Assembly: GCA_030141605.1 (NCBI GenBank)
Contig: JAQGDQ010000001.1
Span: 2,356,001-2,420,000 of the forward strand
Length of the DNA: 64,000 nucleotides
Source: Tubiluchus corallicola
Taxonomy: Eukaryota; Animalia; Priapulida
Direction of reading: 5' to 3'
The notes beneath the pieces were generated by a model. The model saw only the letters and a list, made by a program, of their open reading frames with translations, was not told where the DNA came from and ran no database searches. The translations under genes and the position numbers were made by a program. Position 1 is the first letter of the stretch; each line of letters begins with the position of its first letter. Below are positions 1 through 11,364 of the stretch, one piece after another.

Positions 1-618
1 ACAGGTTCCAAATTTTATATACATTACTAAAAAAATCAATTTGTTACATTTGCTTTTCATGCCAGTTTGATAAATATTAATTGCTCCTCTGTCCATATCT
101 GTTGGTCATACTTAAGGTTGTGCATTCATTTTGAGTTAAAGACACAGATTGGTTATTGATGGAATCCTGATTATTACAAAAAAGGTAGCCAGTACTTTGT
201 TTTACTGAGTGCATGACTTAGAAGGCAGGACGATAAGTTCAGAAGAGGAGCAAGACAATTACCACCTTGCTGTGACATCATCAAAGATCGACTAAAGAAC
301 AAAGTTGTCAGTATTTTACTTGTGCACCAAATGTGCTTGGGATTAAAAAAAAATTGTTTCAACTATTTGTTTCAAAAATACGAGTGAAATACCTGTGTTT
401 TTAAGTTACAAAAAGTGGATGCATCAAATGCATTTTAGGATACTTCTATAAAATTTAGTTTAACTGGTCACTGTCCATATACAGCAACTTTGTGGTAACA
501 CCAGAGATTTTTCACATTTATTTTGTTTCATGCTGCTGCCCAGTACTAATGAGAGTCTAACCAAGTTTTTTCAAGCTGCATCAAGCATTAATTTCACTGC
601 CTCTTATCGAATTTCCTG

Positions 619-698
<80 letters not shown>

Positions 699-778
699 AG
701 AGGAGAGCGGAGGAGAGGAGAGCGGAGGAGAGGAGAGAGAGTGAGAGGGAGAGAGTGAGAGAGAGAGAGAGAGGGAGA

Positions 779-832
<54 letters not shown>
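619..832. repeat. (GA)n microsatellite / purine-rich tract
   Basis: Long perfect and interrupted GA dinucleotide runs; they explain the spurious RERE/LSLS ORFs. Confidence 0.97.
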
Positions 833-834
<2 letters not shown>

Positions 835-1156
835 AAGGTCAAGGAAAGAAACAGAATCAGAGATGGAGATATATTAGCCTATAGAAAAGGCAGAGAGAGG
901 GAGGGAAAAAGAACAGCTCACAGAAAATTTCAATAAAAGCTATTAAGTTGTAGCACTGTGTAGAATTTAAAAAAGTTGTATGCTGTACGGGCCACTAAAT
1001 ATTGAACTTAAAAAGCATTAAAACAAATTTTGAAATGTGTAATTCTGTAAGTCTGGTTTGCTTGTAACTTCAATAAACCATGTCAAGCTAGTGAAAGCAC
1101 TGCAACGATCTTTTTAACTGAGATACATATTTTGTTTTAAAAATCTTGAGACTTGT

Positions 1157-1200
1157 GAAAGTGCACTGCGTCCAGTGAGAAAGTGCACTGCGTCCAGTGA
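1157..1200. repeat. 22-bp perfect tandem duplication
   Basis: gaaagtgcactgcgtccagtga occurs twice, at 1157-1178 and 1179-1200. Confidence 0.9.
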
Positions 1201-2904
1201 AAATTGAGCAGGATTTTCTCAGTCACATGCCAGAAATTTCCAATTGGTACATGGTAAACTTTAGATACTACAGCAGCTGTCAAACGTCTAGATAAAATAC
1301 TGTTTGTTGCCGTGAAAAAACTTTGACTCCTCTTAAAGACTATTTTATATTAAATAATATGGATCATCATAAAACATTAGAACACTCATTAACTTAAACA
1401 CAACAAATACTTAAATCGCTTCTTATAATGCCAGACAGCTTGTGCAAAGATTATTTTTTAAGATTCATTTCACACAGAATAATCAGTCTTCAACAATTGT
1501 AACAGCCTAATACCTGAATAACTTCTTACGTTTTATGCTAAAGTTCCTAAACATTTGCAAGTAGTATATGAGATATAGAGTTAATATGTCAATTAATAGC
1601 AGCTTTAACTGAATTTACCTGTCCTTAAGCACGAGTAAATTTTTCATTTTACGCAAGGTTTTACTTCTTTGACCTTTCCTGAAACGTCTAGTGTCTCTAG
1701 CCTAATATTCTACTCACTATGAGAAAAGTAAAAGACCCATTGTGTACAAAGACACTGAGTACACTAAATCCTCATTTACCTACTTCAAGGTGTTTCATTA
1801 AAACATTACATTAAGTGTTACCATTAACACTTAAAGACCCACTAAATGAAATCATGCCAGACACAAGAAAGAATACAAGTTTTGTAAAATAGTTCCATAA
1901 TAACATATATTCTCAGTAGGGATGTCACGAGGCTCCGCCAGAACCGGAGGTTGAAAACTGAATCCGAATCTTTAATTTAATCGGCTGAACTTCTAAGTTA
2001 CTTTACATCCGACATGATTCCGAAAAGATTTTTAAAAAAATTCCATTTAGCTTCAGCTGCAGAGGCGATTTGGTAACACTCTATTGCAAAAGTAATTACA
2101 CACTGTTTTACCTTGAAAGTTTAAATAAAATTATTTAAATTGTTGCCGTTTTCATAATTTTTTTTACTTGAAATACGCAAACGTCTCCATATTCAATTTC
2201 AACATGTGTCCAGCTCATTAAAGCATGCACCAAATTACAATTTTAATTGCTAGTTTCAACAAAAATGCTGAGATTTCTTGCATTACTTAGCAGAAAACTG
2301 CACAAAACGTACCATAGACAAACAACATTTTTATCACCCAGATTTTTTACACCGAGTATAAGTAATACCACCCCCCCCCCAGGACTTTTTTGATTAACAG
2401 ACCACTTTATATTCGTGACATACCTAACAGTCACTGGAAAAACATTTATCAGTGTTGCTTTCCTGACAAGGTAAACGCAATTAATGCATTGGTTAGCGAA
2501 TGAACCATGTCATATAGTCAGTGTGCTATGAATAAGCACACTAGTTAGGCTAGCAGTGGGCTTAGTGGTTTCCTTATGAAGCGCCAACACAATTAACAAA
2601 ATTTCGTTGCTTAAACAAAAGCTAAAAAGTCATTAGCATGAAACACTTAGACCTGCCGCTACTCTCACATTCCAAATAATGGCATATGTAGAATAATAGT
2701 ATAGTGTGTACATATCAGCCCAAAAAATAATTGTTCTAGGCTGAATAAAAGTATATGGTGCCAATTTTATGAAATACTAATAAAGGAAAAAATAGATGAC
2801 AAGTAATAGTTGCAGGAAAAAAGTTACAAAAAAGTCATCATTTTGGCTAGGGTTAGAGTCAGGGTCAGTGGCTAGAGTTACTTCTTTTTTCCTGTGACCT
2901 TTTT

Positions 2905-4400
2905 CCCGAATGTAGGAAAGTTTTGTACAGGTAAAATTCGTACCAGGAAAGTTTGTTACTGGCAAAATTTGGTATTAGAAATTTTTAGTATGTGGTAATT
3001 CTGGTACAGGTAAATTTGGTACCATGATCTTTAGTTGCAAGGAATGTTTGGTTCTACGAGAATGTTTGGTTCTAGGGATGTCAGGATTGTTTAGCACTAA
3101 GAAACATTGAGACAAGGAAATTTTGTTACTAGGAAAATATGGTAAGAGAAAAATTACATACTAGGAAAGTTTGGTACTGGAATATTTGGTACTAAACGAA
3201 AAAGATATTATTTTGTTTCAACTGGAAAATAGGGAAGTTTCTCTATTGGCAATTATATTCACTAGGGAGTATTTTTGGTACTAGGAAAGTCTGCTTTATT
3301 ATTTAAAAAACTCAACAAAGAAATTATAATTAATAGCTCGTGGCAGCTAAAATTTTAACAGTGATTATCCCACCATGTAGGTACATTTGAGAATTCTATG
3401 AGCAAAATCTAAAAGGTCTACAATACACTTTTTAAACAAGCACTCAGACAAACTAAAGTAAAAATAATACTAAGAACTAATATTAGCAAATTTAAAAAGT
3501 GAGTACATTATTATTTGTTCCCACTAGCCAAGCCCAGTGTAAGCATTTTGTATAAAATCGAACTGAATTTAAATCATCGTAATTATCAAAAGTGCCGCAA
3601 CTGTGCCAGGCAGTGTTGTGCCGGGAGTACTAATGTGTGCATTAATAATCAGTGTAACTCTCACTGCTGCTACAATTGTCACTGCCAACAACATCATCAG
3701 TGTCATCTTTGCCATAATCATCGCTGTTATCATTCCCATAATTATCATCATTGTTATCACAAATTTTTTGTCATCACTATCATTATTGTCATCACTATCA
3801 CTGTTAGTCATTATCATCCATCTCTATCTATTGGCATATCAGCAAAAGCACCAACGTAATCATGAGAATGATTATGATGACGGCACTATTACCACAACTA
3901 CCATTGCCACCTTCAGCACCATCTACTCCAACAGCAGCAACAACAACAACAGCAACAATAACAACAACAACAACAATCACTGTTAAAACAACAAAACATC
4001 AAAATTAACAATGGCAAGAGCAATGATGATGATGATGATGATAAATAACAAAACACACAAACAAAAAACAAAATAAAAACAAATTTGTGCAACAATATGG
4101 ACCTGTATAACTTGTTCGAGTAGGTTATACAAAATATTTTCATAGTACCAAACTTTCCTTGTACTAAACTTCTCTGCACCAAATTTCCTTAGTACCAAAC
4201 TTTTCCACTACTAAACTTTCCTAGTACCAAACTTATTTCGTACCATTTTTATCTGGACTATATTTACTTGTACCAAAAATGCTTGATAAAACTTCGCCAG
4301 TACTGCATTTACCAGCACCATATTTTCTCTGTACCAAATTGTCCCAGTATTTACCAAAAACTCCTAGTCCCAAATTTACTTGTACCAAACTTACTAATAC
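2905..4400. mobile_element. Foldback-like non-autonomous element with long modular inverted arms
   Basis: Left arm (~2912-3290) is a degenerate array of a ~16-nt unit, GGAAAGTTTGGTACTA. Right arm (~4144-4400) is an array of its reverse complement, TAGTACCAAACTTTCC. The centre is low-complexity. Exact termini not resolved. Confidence 0.6.
3690..4085. repeat. Degenerate trinucleotide low-complexity region (CAT/CAA/GAT)
   Basis: Runs of catcat, caacaacaa and gatgatgat give poly-I/H/N/C pseudo-ORFs in several frames. Confidence 0.85.
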
Positions 4401-5600
4401 GGGTCCAACTCTGCACTACCACCCTTTTTTACCTGGATTAGAAAAATATTATAGAGTTGCAGTTATGTGTGTATATTCCTTTTTTAAAACCGTTTAAGTT
4501 GCATAATTCACTTATTAAACTAAAATTTAACTTTGTCGCAATGCTGCTGAACATTTCTACAAAAATTTTGATACACCAGTTTTCTTGGTCCGATTATTTA
4601 ATAGACCTTAGCATGTTTTGTCTGTTCTATCTGTTTTAAATGTTAATACAGTTCATCAACATACATTCTGCTAAATAGTGAAAGCATGACACTTGTACTC
4701 ATTATAAAAAATGAGCTATGTAATAGACCTTACAGAGTTCTGACCAGTTCTTGGTGTAGGTGCGATGGCATGCTCCATCTCCAAGCACACAAGATCGCAT
4801 TAAAATAGGAGATTTCTTGTACAGCATAATAAAGCATAAAAACCCAAATAAGGTCATACAGGCCTGCACTTTTTTTTAAAGTACTTATAAGTTATATATG
4901 TATGGCTATTCGACATGCGAGAGTAAATACAGAGAAAGTTTTGTTGCGGTTAAAAAATACTATTTCAAAAATGAATAAAAATCCAGAAAATAACAATAGC
5001 ATTAAACGATAAATTTCATGTTACCAAGACCAAATAAAAAAAGAAAGCACTAACTTCGGAATCAGCTTTCATATAGTTTTAACCACTCGTGGCAAAATTC
5101 GTCGTTACCACTGGTCACAATTAGACTTTACTATCTCGATAGCAACTGTGGTTTCTTCCCCTCTCCACTTGTATGTATGGACAAGCGATGAAATCGCTTG
5201 CAAGGACTGTTCAACACTGTATCATCGTTAAGTTTAAACTGGACTTTATTAACTGTCACTGTCAGTCACTATTATTAGAGTAAGGTATGGAGTTGCTCAG
5301 CTGTTTAGTTTACAGTAATGTTTTCGTCAAGAACATTGGACAAACTACATAAATAGTCAGAAAATTGTAGCTTTAATGAACCTGGTTGTTATCACTTATA
5401 AATTTCGTATTTTCAGTACTGACAATTCATCTCGTTTTGTTTGGCGCAAAAATAAGCCACTTCAACCGTAGCCCTAATATGAATGGCGCACATGATTTCT
5501 GTACTAGTACTATAGAGCTCACCCTCTAGACGTGGGGATTTCAGGCCCGGATTTTTGAGTAGGGTTCAGGACCTCGCTACCTTGGGCACAGCAGCTGTGT

Positions 5601-5674
5601 CTGGTTTTTTGCTGGATTACACTGTGTTTGCCTGTCCTGAGCACAGATTTCTTTCATTTTAGAATTCTGCCTGC
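5601..5674 (+). repeat. Dispersed repeat, copy 1 (copy 2 at 27661-27734)
   Basis: ttttttgctggatta..tgttt(g/a)cctgtc(c/t)tgag..gatt..ttt(c/t)attttagaattctgcctgc is shared with 27661-27734 in the same orientation. Confidence 0.75.
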
Positions 5675-7704
5675 CCAAACCAATGTCTTAAAATGATTAG
5701 GCAGATATAGAAAATTAATAATTCTATTACAAATTGACACTACACTAATAATTGCAAATAATTTTTGTCTAATCAAATTTTATTCAAATTTACTTAGCTT
5801 TGGCTAAATTGACAACACATTTTGTTAGTACAGATAATGACTGCCGCTAAACCCAAGGACACCAAATATTAACCACCCAAGTTTAGTATTCATTATTAAA
5901 CCTGCTAAGTAAGAAATCTGCATTTTTGGAGAGCTGTAGAGATTTATAAAATTGGTGTAACTATTTTTCACCAAAAAATCTGATCATTTATCAATACGTA
6001 CATAATCAAAAAAATCTTATAATTTTTTATTACTACTAATAGCAAATTATTCATTTTATGAAACAATAGCCATGCCTATTATCTTATTTAAGATAACGAC
6101 ATAATTATATTATTAACAACATTTACTATCATACACACAATTTGAGGAAAATAAAAAATTATTATGAGGGCATGAAAACGGGCATGGTTACCAATACAGA
6201 GTATAATCAGGTGGCTCACAAAAAATGTGCCAACATAAACTACATAAAATATTAGAAAGAATTGCTTAAGTTTTCACAGCATGATAATTATAATATAATT
6301 ATCAGCTTTTGGCTGTGAAAGTTATGTTTGTACATTTAGTAGTTTGCAAGTTTGTGTCCGAAAAGCAAGTGCCAGAACAACGTCAGTTAAATCAATAATT
6401 GAGAAAAACCACCTTGGAGAAGAAAGCACTCAAAACATGGCAGTAAAACAATAAAGTCAACCAATTTACCACAGAAAATAAAATACTGATAAGGATTTGT
6501 TATCAAGAAAAAATAGGCCTTAAAGGCAAAACTGTTGAGTTGAGCACAAGGACCAAAGACGACCCTTAAAGAAGTCAGATGTTGAAAAAAATGCATTCAT
6601 CTTGTTTGCAGTGAAAATGGTGAGAACACATAGAGAACTTGTTTGCATATATACAAAACTTCTTCAGGCATTTACTTTTTGACTTTTTAAAACCACCGTA
6701 TCAATACAACATCTAAGCGAATGATCTAAAATTTTAAGTTTACTTGTGTCTGTAACATCACTGTGGTTAACTTTCAAGCAATTCAGTTATTTTTCCCATA
6801 ATATGGTGATCAAAACATCTGCACATTTTTCTTATAAATGGTTATTTATAACAAAGCATAAATTCCAAGTGTAGTTATATTTCACATCTTAGCTCGGATT
6901 ATTACGAGCACAAAGTGAATTTAACAATCCTGGCATTCAAAATAGCTGTGGTTTATAAAAATAGCAAAAGTGAGTAACAATAAATACGAGAATGACAATA
7001 ATCATTGTAAATGATTTACAAAATGACATAATGAGTAAGCATGAATTTGATTTGAATGAGTTTTTTAGTTAAAATCAATTCGAACCTAAAATTATATGAT
7101 TCAAATAATTCAGTACTTGAACTACACACGTTTTTTTAACAATAAAACGTTTGGAAAATCATGCAATCCGCATAATTTAGCAGCAATTTCTGGGCACAGT
7201 TTTTACACAAATTAATAGTGTTCTACTGCAGAACAAAATTAAGTATATGATCTTTGTGCGGCTGCTTCTTATTAATGATTCAAAAATGATGAAATTTTGT
7301 TTGATACGAGTTCAAACGCGATAAATTTGCTTCAATTCATTTTGTGGTAGAAACTGCTCACCCCAAACTGACATTACTTTTATGTAAATCTGAGCCTATT
7401 TCGATAATAATTATTTCACATTCAAAATCATTTCCAACAAATATAACAATTTTAAAAGAAGAACATTACAAATTACAGCTAATGAAAAATAAATATTGAT
7501 CCTTACTGATTTAGTTTTACCACAATCTGATTTCTTAACATGTAGTATAAATGAAATTACACTATACATTGCCTTTCTTAATCGAAAAAGCTATGACAGT
7601 ACAACAGGCACACTTTCAATTCAACCAAAAATTCTTTTATCGAAATCACTTGAGGTCAGGAGCAGTTTTAATTGCTTAAAATTATAACTTAACCAAATCT
7701 ATAG

Positions 7705-10700
7705 TTAAACTGGACCAGGTGCTTTCTTATATTTACCCCAACCATGAAAGCACTTTGTAAACTTTCGACTTTCTTTGCCCTTCAAAGTGAGTAACAGTTT
7801 ACGGGGATGTTCGGGCTGTTTTGCCCTCACATTTTGCAAGTATACTTGCGCACTTTTAAAAGCTAATTTCACTTCAACATCACTACATCGGGATCCAAGC
7901 CACAAAAAAATGTTTACACCATTATCTAATATCATGATGTCCTCATCAGCTAAATCGTCCTGGCAGAAATCTGTACATTTTTCAGATACGGCAAAATAAC
8001 CCTTTTCGTTAGAACAACGAAACAATCTGGTAAATTTCATGAAATCAGCTTCTTTATCATATACTTTCTTGCCGCCTAGAGCAACCCAGAAAAAGTTTTC
8101 TGGCTCTTTTCCTTCAGTAAGGATAGTCACGGTGAAATTTCTGTCTTTGTTGAAAACCTCTTGTGCTATTTCTTCTGCACATTGACACTCATCTGATTTG
8201 GACCGACTGCCATGCCAGACATACAGTATACCTTGACTGTCACTAGAATCAAATGGCACCTTTAAAATGTAACAGAAAGCTGAGCAGAGAGAAGTGGCAT
8301 TAGGTGCAACCTGTATGCAACGTGTGCACAAGTGGCTACCATTTGCTCTTAGATGAAATAATGTTGGATGTGGTTTATCTCCATCAAGCTTGCTCTTTCT
8401 TTTACCTTGATGAATAATGAATCTTTTTTTAAAATGCGATAGAAATTTCAGATTCTCTTGCTGTTGATACATTTTCGTAACTTCCAACTTTTCACCGAAC
8501 AAAGACTCAAATTTCTTCTGTAGACTAAAAGTGAAAGTCAACCAACCCATATTTGATGCATCTCTTCCCTGCCAGAAGTATACAACACATTGGTAATCAT
8601 CTTCAGGTTCTTGCTCTTGTTCTTCTCCTTCTTTACCAGAACTTTCTTCAAGTTCTCTGGGAATCCAATAACGACACAAAAACACATAACAGTCTTCAGA
8701 ATAAAACTGACCAAGTTCAGCTTCTGGCAGACGAACAAATTTCTTCCCCTCGAGCACAAATGCTTCCATGCCTTCCAAGTCCTCATTCCATTCTTCCATT
8801 AAAGTTTCTGCTTCTTCAGTAGACATGAATGGCTGCCTAGGCATAAAAAGAGCAGCAAGATCACATTTAAATTCAGAATCAGCAAGAATCTTTTTAATGT
8901 CAGCACCTCTCCTTGCAACTGATTCAGCACTTCGCGTGAAGTCTACAGCAATAACATCATCCCACCCAACAAACTTTGTTTTAAAAATTTGTACCTCTGT
9001 TCCTTGCATAGTTCTAATCACTGTAGCTACATTAGGTCGTTTGATCATGTAAAACAGTTCTTGCGATAATTTCAGAGCAGCAGCCCTTACTAGTCTTGTT
9101 GACTGCTTACCCATCCATATGAATAAGTCTACAGCAGTGTCTAAGATGTAAACAGATTTTGAATCAAGAATATCTGGTGTCAATCCTTTTCTCGGAATTT
9201 CAACTTGAGGCAACTCTAAATACCCCATTCCCAAACCAACTTTATATAAAATAGGCTTAGGTGGTTCAACTACCTTAATCCAAGACTTAATGCTATCAGG
9301 CGGACCTAATGGAGAGTTGATGTGCCTCCAAAATGCAAAAGTTTCTTCTTTAGGATTAAACATAATAATCTCTGACTCGTTCTTTCTTTCATTTTTATTA
9401 ATCTTTTCTGCTAGCAACCGTGTCTTAGAACGAGTAATATTTCTAGATTTTGCTCCATACCAAACATACATTGTTTTCCCACAGTCCAGAAGATAGACAA
9501 ACCGAGGATCAAGTGAATCAGATGTTACTTCCACTGGTTCGAGATGTATGTTTTGTGTTCCTGAACACCTGTACAACCTTTTAGGAAATTCCAATTCCTC
9601 AACTGAATAAAAACCACTAGCAGTTCTGGCACCTTCCTGACAAGAAAACTGGCCTTCAAAAATCTCTAAGAATTCGTTACTTTCTTCCCCTTGTTCCTCG
9701 CGAATGGTTCTAGACTCAGCACCAAGAAAGTTACGCAAATTCACAGAATGTATTGCTGAACAAGCTTTTTTATCTAATGTTGCTTTTGAGCCTATCCAGT
9801 AGAAAATTTGCCATTCCAATGCACCCTGATTATCAATATAGGTTTTTAACACGATATAGCAGTCACCTTCATAAAAAGTTTTATTTGTTTCATCTTCTAA
9901 TGGAACTGGGAGAAAGTTTTCAATCTCCCATACAGTGATGCCAGGGATATGACCGACATCTTCCTCGAAGAAATCACTGTAATCCAGTGGTGGCTTTTCC
10001 AATTCATCCTTCCACTTTTTTGCCTTCAGTGACTCCTCTTCTTCCTTTTGGACTTGTTTTTTATGTTTCTTCTTAGTAATTTCATGAAATCCTTTTAAAA
10101 TCTTCTTCTGATCACTGTCGGGTTCTTTATTATCTGTATCTCTTTTCTTGCGGAGTCTGATCTTTCGTGCAAGTGGATCAGACTTCGGCTTACTGGGAGT
10201 TCCCGGTGTTGGCACGGGAGCAGCCCCAGCCAGACGAAGTTGATGATTAAGGCTAAAATCAATGTTGTAAAATTCTAACCCCGAACCTTTCTGCATAGCT
10301 TGCGGTTTAGGTGGCATGATTAAATCAGGATTGCCCCTAACATCTAATGTTACCAGGTCGGGTAAAAGATGAACAGATTCGGGCAAAGTGACTAACCGAT
10401 TGTGATTAAGAATTAATTTCTTGAGTTTTCCACATCGGCACAAACCCTCAGGTATCATTTCTAGGTTATTATCTGCTGCCATGAAGACTTCCAGCTGGTG
10501 CAGTTTTCCAATGCCAGATGGTATTCCTTCAAAATCCATCTGATTTGAATTAAGGTACAGCTTTTTCATATAAGTGAGTTTGCACAGGGTGGAAGGAAAT
10601 GACTTCAGCTTGTTCCAGGAAACGTTGAGAGTCTCCATCCGACTCCAGGCTTCAATGCCAGAACCCAAATCCTTGATATTGTTATGACTAATGTTAAGGC

Positions 10701-11364
10701 GCTTCAAACTTTTAAGTGAATAAATGCCATCAGGTATGCGATTCAAATTGTTGTACGAAAGATCAATTTCTACAAGACTGGTGAGCTCACCCATTTTATC
10801 AGGAATATTTGAATTAACACGCTGTGTGCTACGCAGGTGCAGGGTTGTCAAAGACGTCAAAGATGGCAGTTGTCTTAACTGAAACTGCTCCATGGGATTG
10901 TTATTCAGAATTAACGTCTGCAGGTTTAGTAGACGTCTTAATTGAGGTGGCAGTGTCTCTAACTTGTTATCACTAAGATCCAAATACAAAATATCAGTGC
11001 AATTAACAAAAAGCTGATTTGGCATCTGGGCTATATTATTATGGCTAAGGTTCAAGACAAGTAATGATCTGACAGCGTCAAGTCCATCGGGTACTCTATC
11101 TAAATGATTGTAACTGAAGTCGACGACAGATAAGTCTTCCAACTTGAAAACATCAGGTGAAATGCAGTCAGTTCGTAACTCATTGTGACGCAAGTTCATC
11201 ACTCGTAATGAAGATAGTTTCTGCAAGTCCTTTCTGAGTATTCCTACTCCATTGTGGACTAGAGAGATATGTTCCAGCTTCGAAAGGTCTTTTAATTCAT
11301 AAGGCACAGTTTCCATCTTGACTTTGTTCAATCGAACCCAGCGAAGATTTGTCATATCGGCAAC
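7705..11364 (-). CDS. fliI: fliI coding exon 2 (3660 nt; LRR and gelsolin domains, stop codon)
   Basis: Uninterrupted ORF. The acceptor ttgttttag|GTTGCCGATATG lies 3 codons upstream of the ORF-track Met. Confidence 0.97.
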   Translation of the reverse strand, partial: VADMTNLRWVRLNKVKMETVPYELKDLSKLEHISLVHNGVGILRKDLQKLSSLRVMNLRHNELRTDCISPDVFKLEDLSVVDFSYNHLDRVPDGLDAVRSLLVLNLSHNNIAQMPNQLFVNCTDILYLDLSDNKLETLPPQLRRLLNLQTLILNNNPMEQFQLRQLPSLTSLTTLHLRSTQRVNSNIPDKMGELTSLVEIDLSYNNLNRIPDGIYSLKSLKRLNISHNNIKDLGSGIEAWSRMETLNVSWNKLKSFPSTLCKLTYMKKLYLNSNQMDFEGIPSGIGKLHQLEVFMAADNNLEMIPEGLCRCGKLKKLILNHNRLVTLPESVHLLPDLVTLDVRGNPDLIMPPKPQAMQKGSGLEFYNIDFSLNHQLRLAGAAPVPTPGTPSKPKSDPLARKIRLRKKRDTDNKEPDSDQKKILKGFHEITKKKHKKQVQKEEEESLKAKKWKDELEKPPLDYSDFFEEDVGHIPGITVWEIENFLPVPLEDETNKTFYEGDCYIVLKTYIDNQGALEWQIFYWIGSKATLDKKACSAIHSVNLRNFLGAESRTIREEQGEESNEFLEIFEGQFSCQEGARTASGFYSVEELEFPKRLYRCSGTQNIHLEPVEVTSDSLDPRFVYLLDCGKTMYVWYGAKSRNITRSKTRLLAEKINKNERKNESEIIMFNPKEETFAFWRHINSPLGPPDSIKSWIKVVEPPKPILYKVGLGMGYLELPQVEIPRKGLTPDILDSKSVYILDTAVDLFIWMGKQSTRLVRAAALKLSQELFYMIKRPNVATVIRTMQGTEVQIFKTKFVGWDDVIAVDFTRSAESVARRGADIKKILADSEFKCDLAALFMPRQPFMSTEEAETLMEEWNEDLEGMEAFVLEGKKFVRLPEAELGQFYSEDCYVFLCRYWIPRELEESSGKEGEEQEQEPEDDYQCVVYFWQGRDASNMGWLTFTFSLQKKFESLFGEKLEVTKMYQQQENLKFLSHFKKRFIIHQGKRKSKLDGDKPHPTLFHLRANGSHLCTRCIQVAPNATSLCSAFCYILKVPFDSSDSQGILYVWHGSRSKSDECQCAEEIAQEVFNKDRNFTVTILTEGKEPENFFWVALGGKKVYDKEADFMKFTRLFRCSNEKGYFAVSEKCTDFCQDDLADEDIMILDNGVNIFLWLGSRCSDVEVKLAFKSAQVYLQNVRAKQPEHPRKLLLTLKGKESRKFTKCFHGWGKYKKAPGPV

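Noticed and set aside
530-877. RE-repeat and LS-repeat ORFs
   Set aside because: Translation of the (GA)n microsatellite.
1917-2030. tagggatgtcacg... with ccgaatc repeats, resembling a hAT MITE end
   Set aside because: No matching opposite terminus found, so it cannot be delimited.
3515-4198. Overlapping Cys/His-rich and hydrophobic 'membrane' ORFs
   Set aside because: All frames are open because of degenerate CAT/CAA trinucleotide repeats; no splice or homology support.
7775-9938. Short ORFs antisense or out of frame within fliI exon 2
   Set aside because: Shadow ORFs of a long coding exon.
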